From assembly GCA_025594325.1 (NCBI GenBank), contig JANHCV010000010.1, positions 1,364,001 to 1,428,000 on the forward strand: a stretch of 64,000 bases of DNA. The letters run 5' to 3'. Under the pieces are notes generated by a model. The model saw nothing but the letters and a program-made list of their open reading frames with translations. It was not told the DNA's origin and made no database searches. The translations under genes were made by a program, and so were the position numbers. Below are positions 47,522 through 59,154 of the stretch, in pieces. Source of the DNA: Blastocladiella emersonii ATCC 22665. Lineage: Eukaryota > Fungi > Blastocladiomycota. Position 1 is the first letter of the stretch, and every line of letters begins with the position of its first letter.

Positions 47522-48805
47522 CTGGTTACTTGCCGCGGGACTTTGCGCTGAGCGACGCAGCCGCGTGAACCCTCGCGACGAGTAGCTACTCGATATCTCC
47601 TTCTCGGCGGTATGAGGGGTGCGAGCTATGTTCTGAGCAGAGCGCGCAGCTGACTTCGTTCCAGCGCAAGCATGCGCGGCTCCATCGGCTGTGCTGCTCA
47701 CCGCTTTTGTTCATGATCGCTGCAACCTGGCCGGTGGCGGAACGCGCTATTGACTCGCTAGAACACCTTGTTGGCGAGCTCTATTTGATGCGCGTTGCGA
47801 ATCATCATGACGTTCGACATTGATATGCTTCCCATGCAATTTGTGCACGTCGACCACCGCGCAGCTGAAGGCGAGCAAAAGTCGGCTGAGCAGGCCGTCG
47901 CGGCCGCTGATGCCAGCTTCTCACCAACAGGCGTGCGTCAGCACGTGCTTGACAGTCCTCCCGTTCTTGAGGTTTCGCGTGAAGCGAGTATTGCTGCATG
48001 AGCAAGTTTTGCCAGGTGGGGACAAACGAGACGAAGCGCTCCGCCCATGCGTGCATCATGATGCACACGATGTTGGTTAGCGCTGACGCGTCCCACGTCG
48101 CAACGAACGTCATCCCGTGGTCCGCCCTATCGCGCGTCGACCTTGCCCAACCGTTCCACAGTAGGCCCGCTTCATCTGAGCGCTCTTGGTCCGTTTCTGA
48201 GAAACCAAGCTTGCTCGAGGTCTAAAACCAGATTGTGGCATGCGATGCACACGGTCACATTGTCGGCTGGTTCCTGTCGCGTTGCGGGAGACCATGGGGA
48301 AGTTGAGTCGCTGGAAGCGCGCGCTAAGTGAAGGAAGTAAAAGCGACCCGTTTGGCGACCTTCGGTTTGCTCCGTCCCGTCCGTAGTCGACTTAATCCAG
48401 CTCAACAGCAGGAAGTCGAGCAAAAGCGAGAGAAGTAGGCGTGTCGGGACAGCTCCAACGCGCGGTACTGACGCGTCACGACCCTTTCTCTCGTGTCCCT
48501 CCATGTAACGCGGATCCGAAGCACGGCCTCAGTCAGCGCTGCTGCACCTGAAGCAAGTTCCGTGTGTTCTACTTCATAAATCATGCAGTTACTTGAATCA
48601 CGCGTCCACAACGTCGTCGCACGAGCAGCCGGCCGCCGCAGGCGGCCTGTTGGCTGCGAAGTGGGACAAGCGTTGTGCGAGCACGAGCGTACGCCCAACG
48701 CGTCCGTTGCGCCAAGTGATCGCTGCGAGAGGGCAGTTGGGCAAAGCCCCGCACAGTTGACACCTGAACGGAGTGAGTGGTGGAGGTACTGGCAATGCAC
48801 AGCTA

Positions 48806-50634
48806 TCAGTAGTACGAAAAGGTCTCAGGAGCCCGCTCCACGTGCCAATCAATCAACTTGAGAGTGTCACGGCTCATGTCACCGCCTTCCTCGTCACAAT
48901 CGTCGTACGGAAGTACGATTTGCAGCTCACCCTTGCGAGCAAGCCCGAGGTCCAAGGCGAGCAAAATTCCAGCTTTGGTGAAGTTGTTTCCGTGAAGCAC
49001 AATCGACTTGACAGAATGGGGGAGCCGAGCGGCGAGAATGCCTGAGGCCTTGTCAGTCAGTTCGCAGCAGCTGAAAGAAATTGACTCGAGCACGGGCGAA
49101 GCACGGTCCATGAGAGCTGCAATGAAAGGATCGCCAACATGGATGCTTGAGTTGAGGTTAAGCACTTTGAGGCGCGGGCCAAGGAACCGTGGCAAAACGA
49201 CCTCAGCGTTACGAGCTGAGCTGAAGTACAAGTGGTTGAGATGCAGCTCCTCGAGGACAGGGAAGGCATGTTCGCCGCTTGTTGATTCCGCAATGTCACC
49301 AAGAAACCCCAGATCAGCACAATCCCTGAGCTCGGGGTGCCCGACTTTGAAAAACTTGAGCGAAGGCCGCTGTCGGTTTGCCAGAGCAAGCAACACAAGT
49401 TCGTTTATGTTCATTCCGTGAAGCTCAAGCTTCTCCACGGAACCCGGGAGGTGCTGGAAGATGATATGAAGGCCGCTAAGAGCGATTTCTTTGCTCGCGC
49501 TCAGAATCAGAGTCTTGAGGTGTTGAGGAAGTCCAAGGCCCAGGTGCATGGCACCATCTGAGGTGAATTTTTCGCTCTGCAGTTCGAGGTGCTTGATGTA
49601 GACGGAAGATGACGCGACAAAGCCGTGATGCCCTCGTCGTCAAGGTCGCAATTAGTCATGGTCAAGGAAACGAGACCCGGGGGCAGACCGCGTGCCAGGT
49701 GCGCCACGGTGTTGGAATCCAGCACGCATGAGGTGAGCGTGAGCTCTTGAAGGCCGCGCGGAAGATGCTCCAGGTTGGCAGCAAAGTGTGGCAGGGAAAG
49801 ATTGTCATTGTAAATCTTGAGCGAGCGAAGCGTGTCTGGTAGCGAAAGCAGCGTGCCTCGGGTGCACCCGTGCGCGATGCGATTTCCCGTAAGGTGCAGC
49901 GAGGTGAGCGAAGAAGAAAAGTTGATAGCTTGCAGGCGGTGAAAGTCCAGGTCGACCTCGTCTAAAGTAAGCGAGAGGACTGGGTGGTCTGGGATCGAGA
50001 ATGCGCGGTTGAGCTCGTTGATACCAGCAATCGAGATGCGGTGGCTCGAAACGCGTATATCAGTGCTTCCATGTTTGACGTACTCGCACGCATGCGCACA
50101 GTGAGCGTCACCGGCTGCAACTTTGGAACCCACTATACCCCCAGGAGGCACAACGAACGAAGGAACGCGACACTTGAGTCGACGCTGTCCGCCGGACACT
50201 GGTGGCGGGCTCTGGGGGTAGAAAATAGGCGCACCGAGGAGAACGGCGGCCCAATTCGGGAGCTGGCGGTATTTGAGAGGCAGACCAGAGTCGCGCCAAA
50301 ACTCAACAGTTTCGTAGTGGCGGTTCGCGACGGCGAGCTCCAGGGCGGTCTCGGTGTACTCCATGGGGAGCTCGTTGGCGATGCGAAAGCGAAGGAGGTC
50401 GAGTCGATTGGTGGCACTCGCGTCGTCAACAGAGATGGTCAAGACTCGCTGCTGGACAGCCTGGTAAGTGCAGGGAAGGTGGGCACGAGGTGCGACCCGC
50501 AAATAGGGCGCAAGCACGGCGAGATCGACAACGCCGTCACCGCGGTCGTGGAGCCGCACGGCCACGGCGACAATCTTGTCGAGGAGTTCGGGTACGGCAA
50601 GCTTTGGTTGTTGCATGGAGTCCATAAGTTGCAT
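48806..50634 (-). pseudogene. L4: LRR family gene with a 1-nt frameshift
   Basis: MQLMDSMQQPKLAVPELLDKIV; at about 49601 CCG TC|TAC ATC AAG CAC shifts frame, whereas L3 reads LPSFLKHLDL continuously. Confidence 0.7.
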
Positions 50635-50721
50635 GGTGCCGCGAGGGCGATACATGGGCGGCGGAACAGCGACGAACCCCGAGCGAAGCAAACACGTTGA
50701 AGCCTGGCGCCCCCACGTGCC

Positions 50722-50744
50722 TCACATGATGCAGCCGTCGCGTC
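50722..50744 (-). promoter_or_regulatory. Bipartite motif upstream of L4
   Basis: TCACATGA-N6-CGTCGCGTC 88 nt from the ATG. Confidence 0.55.
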
Positions 50745-50819
50745 GCCGCACCCCTCTCACCACAGGATCACCTTTGGGCAACACGTCATATATTCTCACG
50801 AAAATGCACACCCGCCAAC

Positions 50820-52593
50820 TTAAAAGAACCGGATGTGATGCTTGAGCGACGGCGGAGCGGCCGCGCGAAGCGCTGCCCTGCCCTCGTCCCAGATCGACGA
50901 TCGGTACAGGTCGAGCGAGGTGAGATTGGGCGGCAGCTCAGCGGCAAGTATGGCCGCGCCCACATCCGTGATGTTGCCGCTATGGGCGAGACCGAGGTGA
51001 AGCAGCGATGTTGGGAGAGAGGGTAGAAGCACCTCAAGCGCTACATCATCGATGTGCGATGCGTCCAGGATCAGCATCTCGAGGGCTGGCGGCATGTGGT
51101 CCGCGAGCAAACGCGTCCCGCTGATGCCGAACTGTGAGCCGGAAAGCGTCAGGGCGCGGAGCGTGCGGGGGAGCCGTGGGATGAGGGCTTGAAGGTGGGC
51201 ACGCTCAAAGTTGCAGTAGCCCAAGTCGAGTACCTCGAGGTTGGCGGGTGGATTGTTGGCGAGCGTGATCAGGGCGTCGTCAGTAAGGAGCGTGTGTCCG
51301 AGGTCGAGCTCGACGAGTGTCACAGGGAGCGATGAAAAGAGCAGCGGCTGGACAGCTGGTGCGAGGACCGAGCGCGCGAGGTCGAGCTCCTTGATGGATG
51401 ACGAGGTGAGAGCGTGGGCGAAAACCTTGACACTGGCTTCGTCAAACTGGGCGTACGTGAGGATGACCTTGGACAGCGCAGCGGGGAAGCCGTGCTCCAG
51501 CACGTCGTCATCGCGGGATTTCAAGGCGTTGTGGCCCAAACCCAATTCGGTGAGCGTCGCAGGAAGTTGCGCAATGAGGGCGCCGAGGTCGACCCCGCCT
51601 TCCGAGCGAACGTTGATCAGCGCAAGCGATGAGAGCGACGCGGGCAGCATTCGCAAAAGCGCCAAAGCGGCGCCGTCCTCGAGTTCCGAGTTCGTCACGG
51701 CGAACGAGTGTAGGGTCGGCGGAAGCTGTGAGACGAGGCACGGCACGAGTTTGGCGCAAAGAAGCACTCGCGAGAGCGCGAAGGTGGTGAGACCCGCCGG
51801 CCAGCGCAGCTCCGCAGTCGCATCTGAGTGAGAACCGAGCCACGGCGAGACGAGGTTGAATCTTTTGAGAGACTCTGGTAGGCGCAGCGCAAGAAGCCGC
51901 GGCAAGTCAACGGTGCACCCGTCAAGGAAGATTGACTGCACGTCTTGTGCAGAACTCGCAAGAGCCTCGTTGAGTGCCGTGATGCCAGCCGGTGAGATCG
52001 ACTCGTTCTTGAGTTGAAGATGCGTCAGCTCGCCTGAGGCGATCCCCGCGCACGCAACGTTAACCGCAGCGTCCACGACTGGCGGGTCGTGCGTTTCCTA
52101 GAGCGATGATCCATGTCATTTGGCGTCCTCCGATGCTGATGGACGAGCAAACTAGCATCCGTACCATAAGCCCGGTTGCAGGGTTACGGCGAGTCAATCC
52201 AATCCCAACGGCGACGCGAATGATTTCGTCGCGTCCTTGCAGCCAGCGGCTCACAGCTTCCTTGTCAAGCAAACCCGAGTCACGCCACCATTCGAGCGTG
52301 GCGAGGTGCTGCAACTCTGCCGCCGCATCCAAGGCGTCGACTGAACACTTGAGCGGCAGCCCGATAGCAGCCCGCCGCTCAAGCACGGCGACCCGCCCAC
52401 GAGCAGTTGCCGCGTCGGCCGAGAAGCTTGGCGAGCGCAAGAGGATGGCCCGCTCGACGTTGGGGATCAGCTCGCGCCGCATGACGCGCGCGTACTGCAT
52501 CAGGCCGCGCACGTCGTCCGGATCGTCGTGCAGCCACACAGCGTGAACTAACGTCGACTCAACGATCTGGGGAGCATAAATGAGTTCTAGCAT
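50820..52593 (-). CDS. L5: divergent F-box-like + ankyrin-like + LRR protein with one intron
   Basis: YAPQIVESTLVHAVWLHD..ADAATARGRVAVL..EWWRDSGL; a 67-nt GTACGG..CTCTAG intron (52098-52164) joins the two ORFs in frame. Confidence 0.75.
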
Positions 52594-52708
52594 GATATTG
52601 CATGTAGTTTACGTTGCAAATTTGCGGGGACTGGTGCGAGCTTGTGGGAGCGGGTCGCGAAACGACGCGGCGATGCGAGCGTGGGCGGCGCCTCAACCCA
52701 CGCCACCG

Positions 52709-52732
52709 TCACATGATAAATCGACGCGTCTC
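52709..52732 (-). promoter_or_regulatory. Bipartite motif upstream of L5
   Basis: TCACATGA-N5-CGACGCGTCTC 116 nt from the ATG. Confidence 0.55.
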
Positions 52733-52962
52733 TCAACCGTCTCCTTCGCGCACAACGGCAGCAAGCTGCGTGCGGCGGTAGAAGCAAAAGAACAGGTGGC
52801 TCGCGCTCGCCAGGGCCGAAACGTGATGGGCGCGTATGGGAAGCTTCCGTCGGAACGGTGCCGCTTCTTGTGGGCGAGCGCCTCGCTCGCTGGTTGTCCC
52901 TGCTCTCTCTTCACGATTTTAAGCTATCTCTCAGCATTCTATCTTGCTGCAACACATTCACC

Positions 52963-53783
52963 ATGGCATCGTGTGTACTGCTGGGCCATACTGGTGCGAA
53001 ATTCGCGCCTCGGACCGCGCGCGAGCCCTCTTGTGCTCACGTTGCACTTGGCTGGTAGGCGCCGTCGGTAAGGCGCTGCTTCGCGAGGTCATGAGCGACC
53101 CGCGTATCGCCAAGGTCGCCACCATCGACCGGCGCGAAATCACTTGTGACGGCCCGAACAAGGAGAAGCTGTACGCCGTACCGCATGACCAATGTTGCTT
53201 CATCGCTAACCGCGTTGGTTGTGCATTTAAGGACGTAATACATTGTCGACTTCAAGAAGCTCGAGGACTACCGCGCCGTGTTCAAGGGCTATGACGGCGC
53301 GTTCTGCTCGCTAGGCACCACGCGTGCCGAGGTGGGCTCCGCTGTACGCTCACCTTGCTCGCTGACGTGGGTGCGCTCGCCCGCTCACCGCACTCGATGA
53401 CGCGTGTAGGAAGCCTTTTTCCGCATCGACCACGACTACGTGCTCAACGCCGCCAAACTCATCAAAGAGGAGGCGGGCGAGAAGCCGGTCCACTTCCTCT
53501 ACATCTCTTCGCAGATGGCCAACCTCAACTCGCCCTTCCCGTTCCCCAAGTCCAAGGGCCAGCTCGAGAGCGACCTCGCCGACCTTGGTTTCGAAAAACT
53601 GACCATCGTGCGACCGGCGCTGCTCGAGCTTGAGGAGACTCGGACGCACGGGCCTCAGTCGCGACCGTCGCCAAGGCTATGGTGTCGCTGTTCCATGACC
53701 CGCACGCCGAGCAGACACGGATCTTTGTCAACCACGAGATTCACCGCATCGCTAAGGCTTTCGAGGATTCCAATGCTCACTAA
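52963..53783 (+). pseudogene. FMP52: HTATIP2/Fmp52-like NAD(P)-binding Rossmann protein, disrupted
   Basis: LLGHTGAVGKALL, FCSLGTTRA, FFRIDHDYVL, SSQMAN..S.FPFPKSKGQLE, IVRPALL, VATVAKAM; three introns (52994-53058, 53171-53231, 53344-53409); TAA at 53236-53238 and a deletion with frameshift near 53650. Confidence 0.75.
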
Positions 53784-54133
53784 ATACACGTAAGGAGCGC
53801 GTCGCCCTTGCCGTCATCGTTGAACTTACTGGGGCGAGCGACGATGAGAACAGTCCAAGACTGGCCCTCATTTCATATCACGTCTATGTAAAGAGGATAC
53901 GCTTTTTGAAACCGTTCAATTGAGTGCCATACGTTAGAAACCTGACTTGATCTGCAGTTGGTGATGGTCACGGCACGCAGTACAGCACGTGTGCATTCGT
54001 GAATGTTGGGCAAGCCGTGCTCAGCTGACGTCCATCAGTCTTCGCATCATACTCGCACTCTCACTCTCTTCACCACGCTCTCGTCTCGCAGGCACACTGT
54101 CCTGTACCAAAAGAGCTCACTCAACTTGACACT

Positions 54134-55641
54134 ATGGCAATCTCGATGCCATGGATCAAACGCGGCGTGTGCGCTCCCACACCGCGTCGCATCCCCGCGG
54201 GGAGCCCGGACCACCTCTCGCTCGCTCGGCTGGCCGGTTACGAGCGTGTGGTACTCGGAAGACCTCGGCTCACTAACGATACGGACAAGTACTACGCCGT
54301 TGCACTCCAAGTTGGAGCTGAGACCCCTGGTACGACCATGGCCGTGGCGGCAGCTTTGGGCGACCACACTCAATCTCGCGGTGTCACAGAACACGCTTAT
54401 TCCGGTTCAAAACTGCTGGTTGCACGAGCTCCTGCACCGGCGGCAGTCGACGCGCCCGAAGAGGACGACTTGGTGCCTGAAATCGCCCCCGAGGACAGCG
54501 TGCTCGTGCTTGGGCCCCGAGTCGGCCTGCGGGGCGCGCAGATGCAGTTCCACCTTCTCCAGCAGCAGCACCACGATGCGTCCGCACGCGGCGTGGCTCC
54601 TCCCGGCGCTTCCATCGAGTACATGTTGCGTCAGCACCACCGCGCGTGGCTCCCGGCGCCGCCTACAGCGCTCGAGTGGCTCTACCACGTTCCCGGTACA
54701 CACATGGCTCGGCAGCCGCTGTTCAACCCGCCCATTGGTACCACGGGCAATTTCATGGCCATGGCGGGTCAGTCGTGCTACATTGAGCCGTGGAACGTCA
54801 ACGTGGTCGGGCCAATGCTCCCCGTGGCGTACCTCGGCGGCTCGCGGGTCATGGACGCCTCGGGTAGATCTATCAGCGTTCGCGAGTACGGGCCGCCCAA
54901 CGGCGAGTTCCATGTCATGCCCGTAACGGTTCTGGCGTGGCACCCGGACCAGCCCAACCTGCTCGCGTTCGGGTCCAGCGACGGGACCGTCAAGGTCTGG
55001 AACCTCGACACGCTCCGCGCTGTGACCTCGTTTGTCCCGCATTCACACACGGGCCCGCCACAGTCGTTGACGGGCCGCCATCACCAGGTCACGCTGGTCA
55101 AGTGGTCGCCGACCGCGCCGACGTGCCTGCTCACGGGCGGCACTGACTCGCGGTCGCCGGCCGCACCTATGTCGGCGTGGCGCTTCGATCTGATGAGGGA
55201 CAACTCGGATTTTTCTGCCGTACCCACGTCCGCCGCGTTGCGCCGCTCGACCTCCACGTTTATGTTGCAACCAGCAGTGGGCGCATCGTGGTCCTCGACT
55301 TGCGCAACACCGCGGAGCCCGTGCAGTCGCTGGCCGCGCACGGCAACGGCGATGATGACGAAGCGACGTGCATCTCGCTCTCGCCGTCGGGTTCCACGCT
55401 CGCGTCAGTCAGCTGCAGCACGACGGCCAAGCTGTGGAGCGTGGACCCGGCCACCGCCAAGCTTACGCTTAGTTCGGTACATGACCCAGGTCTCGAGATG
55501 CTGTCCACTTGCTCGTGGTGCCCTGACCACGACGGTCTGCTAGCCGTGGGCAGTCACGGAGGATCGGCCGTGCTCGATCTCAGAACCGGCGCAGTCTTTC
55601 CGACTGCCACCCTCGGCGCTGACTATCCCACTCCGGTTTGA
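54134..55641 (+). pseudogene. Divergent intronless PWP1-like WD40 gene with a frameshift
   Basis: N-terminal PWIKRGVCAPTP, HH..LPAPPTALEWL, TGNFMAM..IEPWNVNVV..LPV..LGG, DSRSP..WRF, CSWCPD all follow PWP1 motif order; frame change near 55238. Confidence 0.6.
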
Positions 55642-55984
55642 CGCGCAACAGGACGTTTTTTGGCACGGTTGTCCGCACGAATCCGCCCACAGAGCCAGTT
55701 CAACGCGACAAGCCGGCTCGAGCGGACCGCAGAGCCTCGGCAGTCACTGTCTTGCTCACCCTCCACTCTTCGTGTTCCCTCATAAATTGAAATCTCTGCG
55801 AGGCCATGGACGCGTTGCGCCAGCCGATGAGGCGTTTCATTTGAGCGTGAGTGGCGCAGTCCGCGGTGCAGGTGCAGCTGCATGCATCCCACTGCGGCCG
55901 ATCGACGGCCGCGCACACTTGCCGCCGTCTCGTTCCTCGCTCTCGCTGAATGTAAACCACACCCAGACTTAATGCATCTACCCC

Positions 55985-58041
55985 ATGGCGCCTGATCCCA
56001 GCAGTAACGGAACTCGCGGCGCCGCGCCCGCGACTCGCGGACCTCGCGGCCGCCGCAGCGGAGCCAAGAAGCCGCGCGCCAAGAAGCCGGCCGCGTCGAG
56101 CTCGAACACGGCGTCATCTTCGTCTTCGGCTGCTGCTGTCCGCGCTACTCAGCAGTTGATGTCCCCGGCTCGCAGGTACGCGAGTACTGCGGCGCGATCT
56201 AACGGGCAGCTTGACTGACTTGCGCGAACATCCAGCAGGGAAGAAGTCTTCGACGAAGTGACGGACCAGCTGCGCCAGTCCGACTACGGCCTCAGCCTGC
56301 TCGTCGACCATGCGCGTAAGGTGATGGAGGCGCGGGCGAACGGTGCCGACTCGGACGAGGACGACGAGGCGATCGTGCCGCCGTCGCAGGAGCTCAAGGA
56401 CATGGCGTCCATGCTCTTCGCCACCAACCCCGAGATGTACGACTCGATGCGCAAGATGGGTCTCCCGCTCCCCGCGCCACGGGCCGAGTGGGCGGCGCCC
56501 GGCGGCAGCGGCGGTCGTAGCTCGGCGGCGTCGGGCGCATCGAGCGGGTTCCCCGCGGGCTTCTCGGACCTGCACCTCGAGAAGGCCGTCGCAGCCATCG
56601 GCGGCACGCAGAACCTCCACACGCCCAAGGCCTCGGTCAGCATCGCGGTCGGCGAGATCAAGGTGACGCCGCTCCTCGAGTTCACGGCATCGGGCGAGGA
56701 GAAGATTACGGGGTACGAGGAGGGCGACTCGGGCGACGAGGAGGCGCCGGGCCTCGCGAGCCGCGCCGTCGTCTTCCACATGTGGTGCCACGAGACCCGC
56801 GTCGCGCACCCGCTGTGCTTCTACATGTACAACTCGGTCCGCCCGCACCTCGTCGCCGGACGCATCAACAAGGTCGTCAGCAAGCTCCAGCGCAAGGGGT
56901 TCACGGTCGTGTCGTGGTTCTCGGACTGGTGCGTTCCTCGAGAGTGTGACCCTGTCCTCATCGACTTGATGCTGACTTCCTCGATGCATGCAGCAACTCT
57001 ACGTACCACGAGATCAACGAGCTCGTGTCGACCAACCCGTCTATCAACTGGATCCCGGACCCCGTGAGCGTCCTCAAGGGCCTGCGCGACGCGCTGGCCG
57101 ACCCGAACCTGACCCTCGACATGCACACGGGCGGCGTCGCCAGCATCCACTGCGTCGCCAACCTGGTCGCCATCATCAAGCGCGAGCCGCGCCTCGCCAA
57201 GCTCTACAACATCACGCCCGAGTACATCCAGCTCAAAACCGACGGCTGCCTGATGCTGAACACGACGCTCACGGACCTGACTCCGCACACGGCCAACGCG
57301 CTCCGCCTCATGTTCATCGTGCCCCTCGACAAGATCCTCGCGAGCGGCGGCTCGCTCACCGCGTCGACGCGCGCGCAGCTGCAGGACGCCCTGGCGTCGG
57401 TCAAGTCGACCCTCTTCTACATGTCGGCCATGATCAAGTACCGCGCGGCGTTCCTGAGCCGCGAGCGTATCGCGAACCTCAACCACTCGGTGCTCACGGA
57501 GCTCGACGACGTCGCCGAGTACTTTGTCGCGTGGCAGAAGCACCTCGACGCGCGCGCCACGCGGACCACGGGCTCAGCGGCGGCGCGCGAGGCGTTCAAG
57601 GCCAAGTCGTTCATCCCGATGACCACGTACTCTGCGCTGCTCGACTCCATGGACGGGTTCAAGCTCGCGGCGCGCCGCCTGGTGCAGACGGACGTCAAGC
57701 CCGTGGTGCCCGTTGCGTTCGGCAACAAGTTCGTCAACGACTTTCTCGCCGAGGTGCGCGCCGCCGGCGTGCCGCGCGTCCAGGCTAAGCACATCATCGC
57801 CCAGGCCCTCAAGACGCACCAGCAGAACGCGATGCTAATGCGCGCCACGGCCAACATGCGCCGCACGCCCGAGTACTACGACGGGCCCGACGACGACGGG
57901 GAGACGTGGCGGGCGCCCGCCGAGCTCGTGTTCGGCTCCGACAACCGCGACGAGGGGCTTGACGAGAATGGCGAGGGGATCGACCAGGACGGGTTCCTCC
58001 ACTACGACTTTTTTGGCCACGCGGCCGAGCACGGGCACTGA
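55985..58041 (+). CDS. D1: protein derived from a P-element transposase (THAP-less), catalytic residues degenerate
   Basis: Spliced with introns 56176-56238 and 56929-56993. SIAVGEIKV..LEF, AVVFHMW..HPLCFY, VVSKLQRKGFTVVSWFSD, PDPVSVLKGLRD, LYNITPEYI, FGNKFVNDFL.EVRAAG are collinear with P transposase AFDEMKV..FEY, KQPVFF, LRKLHRKGYLVVAIVSD, SDTPHLIKLVRN, LFKINENHI, LNQDIVEHFFGSMRSRG. Confidence 0.8.
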
Positions 58042-58242
58042 TGGGTGAAGCGGCTTGTCGGATTTTTGTCTTAATCACACTGCGCTTTTGCTTATGATAC
58101 GCTCGTCGAACCGAGAGTCGCGACCGACCGACCGACAACGCGCCGTGTTTCATTCCAACGTGACTGGCGCAGCGCCTTGCTGAGCACCGCGCGTCGGCCT
58201 TCCCACGCTCTCTCACGGCAAACGAACGGAGAATTGAACTTA

Positions 58243-58257
58243 GGGCCCGTTTGGTTC
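58243..58257 (+). repeat. Left terminal inverted repeat of the PIF element
   Basis: GGGCCCGTTTGGTTC preceded by TTA. Confidence 0.95.
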
Positions 58258-58376
58258 CGGGGTGAATCAGGTGGATCAATCGATTTTACACGGTCCGGTG
58301 TTCACCCAGCTGAAACGTGGCATTTTCACCCCGTCGCGTTCATCGCGGCGTTTGGGTCGACCCCCGGATGAGCTGA

Positions 58377-58841
58377 ATGGAACCCTCGTCGCTGAATTGC
58401 CCGTCTGCTCGCCCCCGAAACCTTCAGGCTGTGCTTCCCGGCCTATATAAACGCTGTTTTCCTTCGTGGGGCGGCTCGACCACCACCGGCGAGTACTCGC
58501 ACCTCGAGCAGGACGGCAAGGAGTCTGGTGACGTGGAAGGTGTCGATGGTCAAGACGACGCGGCCCCCGCCAGCAAGCGCAGCCGCACTTCGGACAGCAG
58601 CTCGCGTCGCCTCTCGGACTCGGAATTCCTCATGGGCATCAAGGAGGTGTTCCAGAGCGTCGCGACCGCCGACTCCAAGCCCGTCCTGACCGCCGCACTT
58701 GAATGGGTCCAGGACGCGTACAACGACAATGAAGAGTACCAGATCGACGTCGCCACCCGCCTGACCGAGGATCAAGCGCTTCGCGTCATGGCCGTGTCCG
58801 AATCGAAGCGCAAGCGCATCCTCGAGATTTTCATTCAGTAG
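58377..58841 (+). pseudogene. Probable 5'-truncated PIF ORF1 (Myb/SANT partner) remnant
   Basis: 154-aa frame inside the TIRs with an acidic/basic linker and a helical C-terminus; no Myb domain visible; assignment rests on position. Confidence 0.45.
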
Positions 58842-59154
58842 CTCACTCGCACATGTCCCCCTCCCCTCGCGTTGCTTCCTGGCCTTGTTCTCGCCCATTT
58901 GTGTCCAATACATCTGGCTTTGTGTCCATCGTATCTTCAATCGTTACCCTTCGCTCGAAAATGACGCGACTCGTTGAGAAACGCGTGGTTCGCAAAGTGT
59001 CTCACACGTCACGTGATTGATCGACGCGTCCCCACCGATGCGTTCTGACCTCAGCGACGCGTCAAATCATCTAGAATCGCTTATATAACATTATAGTACT
59101 TGACAAATCAGTATATTACAGCATGCATGCGGGTACAACAATTATTTCGCGCCT

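Noticed and set aside
52060-52106. Apparent frameshift in L5
   Set aside because: Better explained by a canonical 67-nt intron that restores the frame
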